A stretch of DNA of 64,000 bases, from positions 63,022,747 to 63,086,746 of the forward strand of contig NC_057719.1 of NCBI RefSeq assembly GCF_004010195.1, read 5' to 3'. The stretch comes from Chiloscyllium plagiosum (taxonomy: Eukaryota). The position numbers and the translations under genes were made by a program. How positions within the stretch are numbered: the stretch's first letter is position 1; every line of letters begins with the position of its first letter. Below are positions 39,111 through 52,984 of this stretch, piece after piece. The notes under the pieces were generated by a model. It saw nothing but the letters and a program-made list of their open reading frames with translations, was not told where the DNA came from and ran no database searches.

Positions 39111-41371
39111 CCTCTTACCATCTGATCTGACTGTGGCCTTATCTCCACTTTGCTGCCTGTTGTCAGTAACCTTTGACTACTGCATTGATCAAAATGGTGT
39201 AGCGTCAGCCTTGCATACATTCAATGACCTGACTTGCATGGCTTTTTGAGGAAGAGAACTCCAAAAGCTATCGATCTTCCAGGAGAGAAATTCTCCTCAT
39301 CTTTGCCTTAAGTGGAAAAATCGTTCATTTTAAGCTGTTTTCCAATTCTAGATTTTGCCATGAGGGGAAAGGTCTTGCCGGCAAACATTCTTTCAAACCC
39401 CTAGAATTTCATGTATTTAAATAAATTTTCATTCTTCTAAACTCTGTTCAGTACAGGTCCAGATGGATCATTCTTCCCCATTCGAGCTTTTAGGAACCAA
39501 CCTAGTGACTATTCTCTGAACATTGTTCCTCCTTAACAAAATCAAAACTGTATACTATACTCCTGGGCAGTCTTGCCATTGTCATCTACAGCTGAAGTCT
39601 TTGTTTTTTTTGTATGGCGTATTGCTCTTGCAAAGAAAAGGTCATTGAAGATTTTGCAGGATGGTGGTCAGACGAGGAAATAAATCGGGACAACTGGAAG
39701 AGGTAAATCAAGGTGGTGTGGTGCCAGATTCAAGAGACCAGAGCGGAGGGTGAAAATACTGTGGAGGATTACCAAGGAGGGCTGGGAGGGCACCCAGTGT
39801 AGGATTCCACTTTGCTCTATACCACATCATGCAACTAAATCTGCTGAGCTCCCGCATAGTATGAGCCTGGTGTCAAGTTGTGAATCAAAGTCTGAAATGT
39901 TCAGAGACAGGTGGGGAACCCGACATAAGCACCCCCAACTCCATGCCACCTACATCATCATAAAACATCAGGCACATTGACAGCAAGGCCCGTAGACATT
40001 AGGAAGGCCACCCTCAAAAGATGGGAAAACTCCTCAAAACTATGGAGGTCTGAAATAATCAACTCCGCAGGTAACATCAAGGGTGCTGCATATGTACTCA
40101 CCGCATACATCTTTATCCCATGCTGGCAAAAATAGCTGGAAGTGGATTTGTGGATGGAAATCAGGTACCATCCATCATCTTGAAAAGAATTCTACCATTC
40201 TGACACTGATGGAGACAAGAACATCGTACCAATTTGCTTCCATATGGATTAAGTAACACACAGTGTGGGTGATTGATACCTTTGCATTACGCTGGGGTGT
40301 TTGCAACATGTGGGTTGGACTGAGATTGATCAGCATCTACTTCCTAAAAGTGGCTTACTATTATAGTAAGCTTTGATTTTCTTTTCCCTTTTAGAAAAAG
40401 CAATAGTCATGTTAATAATCACCAGGGGTTGAGATTGAGGGAGTCGTCACCATTGCTGGCACAGTTGCAGCTGAAGAATCAAAGCAATGCTCACCTAACA
40501 CTGAAGCTTGACGATGAATTGGCAACACCTTGCCTGAGTTGACACAATGCACCTAAAGTGTTTGGGTTATCAATTTTCACTGCTTATAAAAGCAGTCACT
40601 TCAAGCCAACATTTGATATTTGTGCAAATGAAACAACCCAAGACTGCCCATTGTGAGTGAAATGCCTTCATGTAACCCCTTTTAAAATGTCATTTAATTT
40701 CAAGAGCTGGAAAGGGAAAAGTAATTTCATTTCTGCTGGGAGATAAAGCTGGCATTTACTTCAAGTGATTCCAAGTTCAGATTACTGCCAATTCTTCATT
40801 GAAGCAGAAAATGTGCTCATTATTTTTAACAGAAATTTTGTAAGCCATTAATTAAACCGCAGAGTGCTTTCAGCAAAGTAATCTTTGCCTGTACAGCTAA
40901 CCTCAGTACTAATCTCAAGCAGCCATTAGCAGTTGACCTTACAATTTAAGATTTTTATTTTCCAATTTATTTTGTAGAGTACAGAGATCAAATCTGATGA
41001 TATGCAAACAATAGTACATGAGTGATTCGAGCTCACTGGAAGTTACTACAGTGAACTGGAGATCCTTTTTATGTATATAACCAGGCCCTCATCAAGTCAA
41101 GCAGTAACTTCAAATGACCTCTTATAACACACCAGGTCTTGTGGTCACAAGTTATTGCATTCAATCTAAGGGCAATTTAGGTGTTTGAATTCATGTTCTA
41201 CACAAAACTCACTGACAGTAAAACTCCATGCTCTAATGGTTTGATTTGAATCTAATTACAACTTTGTAAAGGTTTCTGAAATTTTCTTAGTATATATTTG
41301 CAATTTTTGGTGGGTTTTCTTGAATATCATTGTTAACTTAATTTGTCAGAATGAAAAATAAAATGCCAAGA

Positions 41372-41894
41372 GGTCGTTGTGGTTCTGTTCGCCGAGCTGG
41401 AAATTTTTGTTGCAAACATTTCGTCCCCTGTTTAGGTGACATCCTCAGTGCTTGGGAGCCTCCTGTGAAGCGCTTCTGTGGTGTTTCCTCCGGCATTTAT
41501 AGTGGCCTGTCCCTGCCGCTTCCGGTTGTCAGTTTCAGCTGTCCGCTGTAGTGGCCGGTATATTGGGTCCAGGTCGATGTGTTTGTTGATGGAGTTTGTG
41601 GATGAGTGCCATGCTTCTAGGAATTCCCTGGCTGTTCTTTGTTTCGCTTGCCCTATAATGGTAGAGTTGTCCCAGTCAAATTCATGTTGCTTGTCGTCTG
41701 CGTGTGTGGCTGATGTGTGGCCACGATCAGCTATCCTTAGTAGCCACACACGCAGACGACAAGCAACATGAATTCGACTGGGACAACACTACCATTATAG
41801 GGCAAGCCAAACAAAGAACAGCTAGGGAATTCCTAGAAGCATGGCACTCATCCACAAACTCCATCAACAAACACATCGACCTGGACCCAATATA
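41372..41894. mobile_element. Penelope-like element with inverted duplication and hammerhead core
   Basis: HEFDWDN..IIGQAKQRTAREFLEAWHS on both strands; minus core CTGAGGA-T-GTCACCT-AAAC-AGGGGAC-GAAA at 41448-41419. Confidence 0.85.
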
Positions 41895-42756
41895 GAGTGT
41901 AGAATGTTCAGGAAACTTCAAACAGAGGACTTGAAAGGAAGAGATGCAGGGTAGAAACTAATGACTCTTACCAGCCAAAAACCTTCACCACTGGAGACAT
42001 AAATCAAGAGACATGTTTGTGTTTTACCCTCTCACGAATACTCAAGAACAGGAGTTTAAAAATCATTGCAACCCTAACTTAGTGTACTTGTGAGTTGATG
42101 TGTTTACGTATATTTGTGTGCTGTAAATGTAGCAACTTGAAGACAACCATTAGTCACCTTTGCGCTGCAGGTAATGAACATCAAGGCTCACTCTGATTGC
42201 TGGAGGCCAGCTTAGCCATTAAGCCAAGAGTATTGAAATCAACAGCTTCATCACCAATGTCAGCATTACCGGCATCTTCCAACTTTACAACAATAACATT
42301 CCACCATCTATGTATCGCAAAGCCCAGAGAATGGCTCACATATCTTTCTAACTGGCCCCATTTTACTCAGCTTATGTTTCTAATTCATCTGTATGTGAGA
42401 TGCATTTCAATGTGTTTTCTCATATTTTGTATCTAAAACGTTCACCCTTTTGTAACTCAAGAACGCCTGGGTAATTTGTCTCCTTTTTTTAAAAATGAAT
42501 ACACTCAATTGGAAAAAAAAGTATCCATGAGGGAAGTGATCCTTTTTAAATTAACCTTACTATCAACAAAGAGAGGGATTGAATTGAGAATGGAAGCCAG
42601 TTCATCCCACCCTTACCCAGTGGCCGAACAGTTTGGGGTATTCTGCCTAAATTTTATGAATTAGGGAACCTCACCCAGGGACCCATTATAATACATTTGA
42701 CTTAAAGTTTTTGTTATCTGTCTTAGTATCTCATTTTACATATCAATGTTAAATGT

Positions 42757-42957
42757 TAAAATCAAAAACTACAGGTGCTGAAGATCTGAAATAAAAACAG
42801 AATTTGCTGGAGAAACTCAACAGGTCTGGCAATGTATGCGGAGAGAAAAACTGATTTTGTGCTTCGAGTCCAGCGACCCTTCTACAGAATAAAGCAGCAG
42901 AGAACACCATTCTAAGAATGGTCATTGGTCTCAAAGGGCTAACTCTGCCTCTCTCAA
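42757..42957. mobile_element. Short PLE-end-derived element, degenerate
   Basis: Arm similar to 8968-9070. Confidence 0.55.
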
Positions 42958-44819
42958 CATCAAATTTTGTTCAATATGCTTCCTGTGTAGCATCTTGGCT
43001 CATTTTACTCCATTATGGGGACTATTTAAATCCAAGTTGTTGTTCATATCAGAATAGATAAGGCCAGGAAATCCCTGTACATCCCTCAAATATCTTTTCT
43101 GTTTACATGGGATAATGGTGTTTCTGCTGATGTTACAATGGCATGGCAAAGAAAGAAAGCCTTGAGGTAAATGAATGATTATTGCCTAAATGTGAAGCAG
43201 CATTTGACTTTATTTTCCAAATCTGGAAGATCATTAATTGTTGGGAGCTGAAAGCATAGTAAAAACAGAGGTCTTTTCCTCAAAATGAACTCATCCCAGC
43301 AATATAGTCTAAGGTGTTGTTTATTTCCACTGCATATAATTGACCTGATAAGTGCTTTACACAGAACCTACTTGCCACTTGGGTTACTTTTGTTGAGAGT
43401 GTTGAAGGCATGTTTCCTATTTGATTCTCCGAGATACTGAGCCCTGGCAATATTTGGCAGTCTTCTCAATATGAAATTTGGTTTTCTGCTGTTAGATCAT
43501 GCCGGTCATAAATACCCTTGAGTGAAGGAACTCGGTCATCCTCACCTGGTCTGGCCTGCATGTGACTTCAAACTTAATTCAATGTGGTGGACTCTGAACT
43601 GCTCCCTGAACAATTGGAAATGGGCAATAAATGCTGGCCTAGCCAGTGAAATCCATCACTCATGAATGGTCAAAAAGCAGTGGATAGTTTTGCTATGAGA
43701 AGAGTAGTTGTATGTGGTGGGACAATTATTTTGTACTTGAATGCTTTCTATTTATTCAATAGGCCTGCTTCTCCACTCAAGGGTTCCTTGTGTACATTAG
43801 CATCAGAATTAGGTTTATTGTCACATGCACCAGTACAGAAGTACAGAGAAAAGTGTACAATGCCACCCCTCATGGTCCCATCTTAGCTACAAATCGTAGA
43901 TACAAAATAGAGAAATAAAGAAAAAGTTGATTACCTTACAGTGATTCATAGTAAAAGTTAAAAAATCAGAAATGCAAGATGAAAGGATAGACACTACAGT
44001 CAAATAAATAGATCAGTGCAGGGGCCTCACAAGCTGCTGATTGCCTGCACCAGTCCCCAGTTCAACAATCATCCTGCTCCAATCTGGGCCTCCAGTCTGC
44101 TCTATTCCAGCTCTCAACTACTCCAAGGTTAAGTTTCTTTTTCAAAAACGCTTTAAAATCTGAGAAAAAAAATCCCATGATTTATTTCCGATTTTTTTGC
44201 TGATTTTTGTCAAGTTTCTTTAGTAATTTCTGTTTTCGTTTGCTTCAAATCTCCAGCACTCACAGTTCTTTGCTTTATTCTAGTGCTGGGGTGACTGGCT
44301 GCTGGATTTCAGGGAATGCTGCTTCTTGTCTGTGTCCCCACACGACTTCACATCCCTGGCAGTGAATTGGTACAATGGCTCACAACCCGAAATCAAATTT
44401 AATTGATGGTTTTGACAAATAGTTGATGAATGCAATACGTTGTTGAACTGATTTTACATCTGCTTGTTGTTGATCGCATATTTGTGTGATCCGGGTGAAG
44501 ACATTTTGCTGCTTGTACATGACATGTATACTTGACCTCATGCATCTTTAATTACATTTGTTTTGTTAAGCTTCAGGCAAGTTCTGATTAGTGCTGATTC
44601 ACAACCTCAGTATTTCTGCAAGTGCTATCCTTTTACTTGCAGTAATTTTCTCCTCTCATAGTAGGTGTGCTCTCACTGTAGGATCTCATATTATAAAATC
44701 CTGTCTTTACCTAAAATCCTTTTAGTTGCCATAAAGTCAGAGGATACTGCAAGTTGTGTTAATGCTATAGAATACTAAGCAATGGCTTCTTTTGCATTTT
44801 GGGCCCTAATATTGACCAT

Positions 44820-46550
44820 TCACAGGGTCAAAGAGATGTACAGCATGGAAACAGACCCTTCAGTCCAACTTGTCTATGCCAACCAGATATCACAACCCAA
44901 CCTAGTCCCACCTGCCAGCACCCTCCTTCCAAACCCTTCATATTCATATACCCATCCAGATTTCTTTTAAATGTTGCAATTGTACTAGCCTCCACCGCTT
45001 CCTCCGGCAGCTCATTCTATACACGCACAACCCTCTGCATGAAAAAGTTTCCCCTTAGGTCTCTTTTATATCTTTCCCCTCTCAGCCTGATCCTATGCCC
45101 TCTAGTTTTGGACTCCCCCACCCCAGGGAAAAGACTTTGTCTATTTATCCTATCCATGCCCCCCATGATTTTATAAACTTCTATAAGGTCACCCCTCAGT
45201 CTCTGACGCTCCAGGGAAAACAGCCCCAGCCTATTTAACTTCTCCCTATAGCTCAAATCCTCCAACCCTGGCAACATCCTTGTAAATCTTTTCTGAACCC
45301 TTTCAAGTTACACAACACCTTTCTGATAGGAAGGAGACCAGAATTGCATGCAATATTCCAACAGTGGCCTAACCAATGTCCTGTACAGCTGCATCATGAC
45401 CTCCCAACTCTTGTACTCAATACCCTGACCAATAAAGGAAAGCATACCAAACACCTTCTTCATCATCCTATCTACCTGCGACTCCACTTTCAAGGAGCAA
45501 TGAACCTGCACTCCAAGGTCTCTTTGTTCCGCAGCACTCCCTAGGACCTTACCATTAAGTGTATAAGTCCTGCTAAGATTTGCTTTCCCAAAATGCAGCA
45601 CCTCACATTTATCTAAAATAAACTCCATCTACCACGTCTCAGCCCATTGGCCCATCTGGTCAAGATCCTGTTGTAATCTAAGGAAACCTTCACTGTCCAC
45701 TACAACTCCAATTTTTATGACATCTGCAAACTTACTAACTATATCTCACATCCAAATCATTTATATAAATGATGTAAAGTAGTGGACCCAGCACCGATCC
45801 TTGTGGCATTCCACTGGTCACAGGCCTCCAGTCTGAAAAACAACCCTCCACCACCACCCTCTGTCTTCTACCTTTGAGCCAGTTCTGTATCCAAATGGCT
45901 GGTTCTCCCTGTATTCCTGTATTCCATGAGATCTAACCTTGCTAACCAGTCTCCCACGGGGAATCTTGTCAAACGCCTTATTGAAGTCCATATAGATCAC
46001 ATCTACTGCCCTGTCCTTACGAATCCTCTTTGTTACTTCTTCAAAAAACTCAGTCAAGTTTGTGAGACATGATTTCCCACGCACAAAGCCATGTTGACTA
46101 TCCCTAATCAGTCCTTGCCTTTCCAAATACATGTACATCCTGTCCCTCAGAATTTCCTCCAGCAACCAGCCCACCACTGACGTCAGGCTCACTGGTCTAT
46201 AGTTCCTTGGCTTGTCCTTACCACCTTTCTTAAACAGTGGCACCACATTTGCCAATCTCCAGTCTTCCGGCACCTCACCTGTGTTTATTGATGATACAAG
46301 TATCTCAGCAAGAGACCCAGCAATCACTTCTCTAGATTCCCACAGAGTTCTAGGGTACACCTGATCAGGTCCTGGGGAGTTATCCAATTTTATGCATTTC
46401 AAGACATCCAGCATTTCTTCCTCTGTAACATGGAAATTTTTCCCTACATTCTATATCTTCCATCTCCTTTTCCACAGTAAATACTGATGCAAAATACTTG
46501 TTTAGTATCTCCCCCGATCTCCTGCAGCTCCACACAAAGGCTGCCTTGCT
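44820..46550 (-). mobile_element. CR1 LINE (HER1-like) ORF2 RT region to 3' end, 5'-truncated and frameshifted
   Basis: SPGPDQVYPR, YRPVSLTSVVG, SQHGFVRGKSCLTNL, DFNKAFDKIP, LVRPLLEYC. Confidence 0.9.
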
Positions 46551-46694
46551 CACTTGCGGTTTAAAGCAAACCTTCAAGGCTTTCAAAATTTACGCTGTCT
46601 GTTTCTTTCTGTTGTTTAAAAATATTTAGGGACAATACACTTGGAGACCATCTCTCCCCAACAGTGTTAATACTGGCACTGCTTCCAGTGTGGT

Positions 46695-47343
46695 ATTGCA
46701 GCCTTCAGCCACCTGAGGAAAAGGGTGTTCAAGGACAACAACTTGGTACCTGACACCAAGATCATGGTTTACAGAGCTGTGGTGGTTCCCTCTCTCCTAT
46801 ATAGCTCTGAGATGTAGACTTTCCACAGCATACACCTCAAGGCGTTGGAGCAGTCCCACCAATGCTGCCTGTGCTGGATCCTGGGAATCTGCTGGGAAGA
46901 ATGATGCACCAGTACCAGCATCCTCAATCAGGCCAACATCCCCAGCATTCAGGCACTGACCCTGCCCCCCCTTGACCATCTGGTACGGGTTGGGCATGTT
47001 ATCCGTATGATCGACATGGGGCTTCCCAAGCACGTGCTCTATTCGCAGCTTAGAAATAGCAGGCGAGCCCCAGGTGGACAGAGGAATTGCTTCAGTAACC
47101 CCTGACCCAAGATCATCCAAAGTGAGGAGGAGCATTGAGTACCTCAAGGATTGCCATCAGGGAAAACAATGGAAGCCAGGTGAAAGGAGTGCACTGCTGT
47201 GCCAATACCCCTTCCCATGACCACCACCTGCCCCAAGTGTAACAGAGCCTGCAGTAGCAACATCAGTCTGTACAGCCACCTACAGACTCACCCTGAGAGT
47301 GGAAGAGAGCCATTCTCCTCTGTAAGCGACTACCAGTAATGAA
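46695..47343 (+). mobile_element. RTE-clade LINE 3' fragment
   Basis: AFSHLRKRVF...TKIMVYRAVVVPSLLYSSE...CL..ILGI.WE, and a C-terminal CPKCNRAC...LYSHLQTH zinc finger; contains stops. Confidence 0.8.
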
Positions 47344-48574
47344 TACCACAGATAGTTCAATTAGGTGCTGTTAGCTGTTCTGCTCTGGTTTGATAAGTAG
47401 ATCTGGCACAAACTGATTGCTTAGAGTTGTTGGTTATGTGAGGATGCTCCAGTTTTGCTGCCGGTCCCACCTCCAAGCTTACCTCTGCAGGACCAGCAAA
47501 TTTCAGTTCATAAAGTGTTCTGCCATGTGGCATTGCAAATCAAATTTGATAGCACTGTTCACTTCACAGTAAACAATGATTGATTTCACATCCTGTATAA
47601 CCACGCAAACATCTCTGGTCATCATGTTCTCCAGTTCAGCTGAACAAATTGCTGCATAGATAAAAGTAATAGATTTTCGTGAGCATTAAAAGGAATACTC
47701 AGTAGCATCGACATTCTCATCACCTGGACCCCAGCATGATTGTTGCCACATGAGTAGTGATTCCTTTTTGTGCAAATAGATTGGGAGAAGTTCATTTTCG
47801 ACTGAATGCAAACATTGATCCAACCTCAAGATAAATTCCACACAGTTTAAACCAGAAACAGAAGAGACCGTTTCACTGAATAATGATAGGTAATTTAAGA
47901 AGGTACACTTAGGCTGTTGTCTGAATTGAAAATTACTGACATCCCTGTGACTCCACAGCTTGAATACATAAAATTTAGTAATTAAAAATTCTAAATTGAA
48001 TTGCTTGTTTGTTCTATTTTTATTTTATTCCATTACCTCTTTATTAATAATGTGAAGCATGTTTTGAGCTTCTAAAGCTCTTTAGTTATGTCTGTCCATG
48101 GATTTGAACCATGTTTAGAAAGGCAATGAATGCATATCCATTAGTTTCTAAGCCAAAGGGCTCATGATCTTCTAAAGATTGCACTTAGACCAAGCATTCA
48201 TATTTAGTATTTAATAAAGCTGTCATAGTAATGACTGTACGTGTACTGTTGCCTCTCACTAACTGTCTTTCTCCCATTTTCTCTTGAATACATAAACAGA
48301 GAGAAGGAATAAACGGGGCAATTTTTTAGGCAGTGATTAATAGGTGCCATAAGGATCAGTGCTTGGGCCAAATATTCATAAAATACCAAAGTGATTTAGA
48401 TGTGGTATCACAAAATGAAGTGGAAATATGAGTTGTGAAGACAACACACAGAGCATTCAAGAGGGTTTGAGCAGGCAGGTGAGAGGATAAGGATAAGACA
48501 GATGGAATATAATGTTTGAAACGGTAAAAACAGAAATGCAGGGTGTTTCTTAAATTATCAGATTTTCATTTGCT

Positions 48575-48900
48575 TCATTCACAGGATGTGGGCACCACTG
48601 GCTACGCCAGCATTTATTGTCCATCCCTAATTGCCCAGAGGGCAGTTAGGAGTCAACCACAATGCTCTGCTGTGGATCTGGAGTCACATGTAGGCCAGAC
48701 CAGGAAAAGACAGCAGTTGCTTTCCCTAAAAAACATAGACTTTTTCCTGACAATCAACAACAATTTCATTGTCATCCTTAGATTTTTTTTTTAAATTTGG
48801 ATTCAAATTCCACCATCTGCCATTGTGGAATTTGAACCCAAGTCCCCAGACTTGGCTCTCTGAGTGTATAGTCTAGTAATAAAAGCATTCGGCTATCACC
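48575..48900 (-). mobile_element. tRNA-derived SINE, second family, inserted in an old CR1 (about 48330-49110)
   Basis: GGTTCAAATTCC B-box; tail AATAAATGCTGG...CCCACATCCTGTGAATGAA on minus. Confidence 0.65.
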
Positions 48901-51900
48901 TTTGTTAAATGCTGAGATGCAAAGAGACCTGGGAATCCTTGTTCAAAAGTCACTGAAAACTAATGTCAAGGTACAGAAGGAAATTAGGAAGACAATTGGC
49001 ATGTTGGTCTTTATTGCTACAAGGTTGAGTACAGAAGCAAGGACATTTTGCTGCAGCTTTCAAGATGCTTGGGTAAAACTACTCCTGGAAAGTTGGACTT
49101 TATGGCAATTTTGAATAATATTAAAATGAAATAGACTTCAATATTCACTATTCCATTCATATTTTTAAGAAGTTTTAATTTGACCCACAATCAAAAAATG
49201 TCCATGGAATGTAGTACATTGATTTTAATCAAAGCGTCACAGAGAGGGGGAGAAATGGAGTGAATCATTGAACTCGCACTCCCTATACATGGGAACACAG
49301 AAATGTAGGACTGAGGAACAGGAGTAGGCCCCCAATCCTGCTCCCCCATTCAACAATGGATGCTCTGATTGTGATCTCACCTGCACATATCTATCTGATC
49401 CCAATATCTTTTGGCTCCCTTTTCTTTCAAAACACTTTCTAACTTAACCTTGAATAAATTTACCTCACTACTTTCTGGGGAAGAGAATTCCACACTTTAA
49501 CAATCCTCTAAGAGAAAATAAGATTTTCCTCATCTCTGTCTTAGAAGGGAGACCTATTATTCTGAAACTATATACCCTAGTTTTAATCTCTCCCACAAGA
49601 CAAAACATCCTTCAGGTATCCACACTGGCAAGTCCCCTCAAGATCTTGGCAGATTCCAGGATCCATCTGAACTCAGATCCTTTCAGTCCTCCTTTCTTTC
49701 ACTGACAAATTAACCAGGTACCAACTCACTGATTGTTCATGTGCACCTCCTTGTGGCCTTGGATAGAGTTGCACCCACATAGATTTGGGATCTGTTCACC
49801 TCATACCTCCCTATCATAAAATGCTGGGTGTGTCAAGTGATCAAATCAGTCGGTTTCCATGTAGGAAACACATTTTATTTCGAACTGACTTTAACATGAA
49901 AGAATTTAATGGTGCATCAACTCTGAAGGAAAACATCTCAGTTTTTTGTTCCATAGAGTTCAGGGAATAAATTGATGTAGTCCCAATGACCTGATTTTGC
50001 TTGTTTGAACTAAGTAACTATGAAAGTCATTGATATTATCATGTTATGTTTAATTGTCGAATTAATAAAGTATATGAGCAATTCAAAATATTCTTTTTCA
50101 TTATACACAGCTGGAAAGCATTGTCCATCCATGTCCATGTTTACCTGCCTTTCGAGCAAAGTGTTAATTCCAACTCTCTTTTATGCTGTTAATTGCTTAA
50201 ATGTGCTGCAAAACCTCTGCCTTTTCCACAGAACTGGCCATTGGTAAATGTGTGATTGTGATTATGGCACAGACGTCCTCTTCCTACCACAGTCCTTCAT
50301 GACTTGAGCTCCTCAGTGACTTTTTTTCAATTCTTTCATGGCACGTGGGTGTCACTGGCAAGGCCAGCATTGTTGCCCGTCCCAAACTGAATGGCTTGCT
50401 AAGGCATTTCAGACTGCAGTGAAGAGTCCACTCGAACCATATTCCAGCATTGAGACTAAATGTGGGTCAGCCAAGTCAACCTACTCACTGCCCTCATGGC
50501 TGGGAATGTTATCCTGCCAGTTGGCCTGTTAAGAGTGATTGCAGGCCTCCCAATGCTGCCCAGCTCCCCAGAGGTTACTGACCAATCAGAAACTGGCAAC
50601 TTCTGAGTCCTAAAGGTGGTTAGGTGAGGCCTGCTCCTCAGCAGGGAGTTCAAAATGAAAAGGTAGATGTTTGTCTTTTGCCTCTTGTGGTGGCTGGAGG
50701 TCACACAGTCAGGGGAGTCAGAGACAAGGGCAATTTGTGGCTTTCAGAAGCCAACTCCTGTGCCCATGCAAAAGCTGTGCCTCCAATTGCTCACAGAGAG
50801 GGAATTCTGAAGAGCCCCTCCTGAGCCTGAAAGGCAGGTCGGCCCCACTTAACCCAGTTGGGAAACCAGCAACATTTTCATCTGCTGGGAAGATGGGTAA
50901 TCAAGGAGGTGGCGAGTTAAGGTTTTAAAGGTGGTAATGAATTTATGTCTAAAGGTTATTTATTGGTGACGATCCCAGTCTCGCTGTATCACCGTGGCAC
51001 GTTTCCAGTCCCTTTACAGTATGATTCTACTCCTCAGGACTTACTCTGAAGTAAACAAGAACATTTTATTGGAATGAAGCTGCTGGGACACTTTGAGCAC
51101 AGGGACAGGCTCTCAACTCATGAGGGGTGGGTGGGGGGGGGGAGGGGTGTTGAACCTCAGGGATCCTTGCTTGCTCTTTGTGCACATTCCAATGCTCACA
51201 GTGTTTCTTCCTTGCCATTTGGCACTTTGTTCCCTTCCACCAGAGTTACAAACTCACAGTATTTCTATCCTGGCTTTTGCATTTCCAAAGGCACAAGACC
51301 AATCAGCTGGTCATGTTTGCCAGCAGCCGTCAGTATGTGGGTGGACATGTTGCCATACGCTACATCAATTACACAGACCCACCTCCTACTGCGTGCGCAT
51401 TGCATGTGCTTCAGGCAAGTGGCCAGTTCTCTTACTCAGAGGAGAATAGCCCTCAGTTAATTCAAGGGAGACACACGTCAGTCAGCGACCACAGAACAGT
51501 AGGTCAAGGGCAGCCTCCGGTATTGGGCTGGGAACTTGGGCACAGCCGGTCAGCTGCTTGGGGTGGCCTCAGTCAGGGGTGTCCATCCTTCTACAGTCTG
51601 ACGAGTGCACTTCACGCAGCCCCATCGATCCAGTTCAACCAAGACTGGGAAGTTGTATGAAGATAGTAGGTGGACTGTGCTGATGTCACTCAGGGGTCTT
51701 GTCACTCATCATTTATGGCTGTCTGCGATGGTAAAAGAAGTCTTCCATACTTAGTCCTGAGGGTCCATCTGTTAAAATTCAAGGAGTTGGAGAGGTTGGT
51801 TATCGGGGTTACTGTTGAGAGAGGGAAGCTCGGGAAGTTAATTCTGGCAATGCAGCATGCTATGGTATCACCATTGCTGAGTGTACTCCCCAGTTCCATG

Positions 51901-52984
51901 GCTGGAGTGAAGGGAGCCTGCTCTGATGTAGGAGCCGTTTACCCTGGACATTGAACAGGACAAGTTTTAGCAATTGACAATTCTGGACAGGTCTTCGTAA
52001 GTCAGACAGTTCAAAGAGGTTTATATACTTAACAATCCTACTCTACTATTAACATTCCCAAAGGTCAACTCACCGTTCCTACTCACACACACCCCACACC
52101 CCCCACACCCCCCTCCCCCCCGCTGCATAAAGTCCTGAAGAACATTAGTGAAACAGATGGTTTCGGGCATAAACCGGTCAACAGGAATTTTCAATTAAGC
52201 ATACTTGCAAAGCTTATTTATTGTTAAAGGCACTCAAATTATAGCCTAAGATGCCGCCTTCCAGTGAGTCTGAATTTGGGTTTTATAATGTAAATAATGA
52301 GAAATGTATTTAGTGAGATGATTCCTGTGATTGCTCAGTTCTGCCTACCCGCAGATTAAATGCTACTGAAACATTTTTTGGGAGAAAATTGCAGGAGAAT
52401 AGTTTTATCAGCTGTGTGTTTCTGTGTTAGACACTTGTCTCTCTGAGAGTATATTGTAATGTCAAGGTGCCTTGTTTAACTTTAAAGATGGCATAATAGT
52501 GGGTTGTTACTAAAGGCAAATTGAAGGCATAAGAAGGTTTGTGCTTTCATTTTTAATATCTTCACAAGTGTTTCACATAATTAATTTGAAATAGATTATG
52601 AAATCATAAAATATTGCTTGTATTTTGGCATTCAGACAATAAGTGGGAAACGATCACTCTAATATCATGACATTTGAACTCTCAGTCAAGAAGGAGATAA
52701 TTCTGTCTTTGGGCATTAATCTATAATGAGTTGCATCCTAATTTTCACCTCCAATCAAGCCAGCTGAAATTCAAATCCATAGTCAGAATTATCCAGTATA
52801 ACACTATCTGGGGATGCCTATTAATTTGGTTACCAAATAAGTGGACCAAATAAGTTTGTGTGGAATAAAATCTGAAAGTGCTGGAAATATTCAGCAGATC
52901 TGGTGACATCCATGGAGAGAGAAACCACAGTAAAGACCCACATTTTTCTGGAATTGGAACCATTCTATGAAGGGGTGAAAATGG

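Noticed and set aside
50338..51954. Cluster of 60-160-aa ORFs
   Set aside because: Open in multiple frames because of higher GC; no recognisable domain; the Harbinger resemblance is too weak to call.
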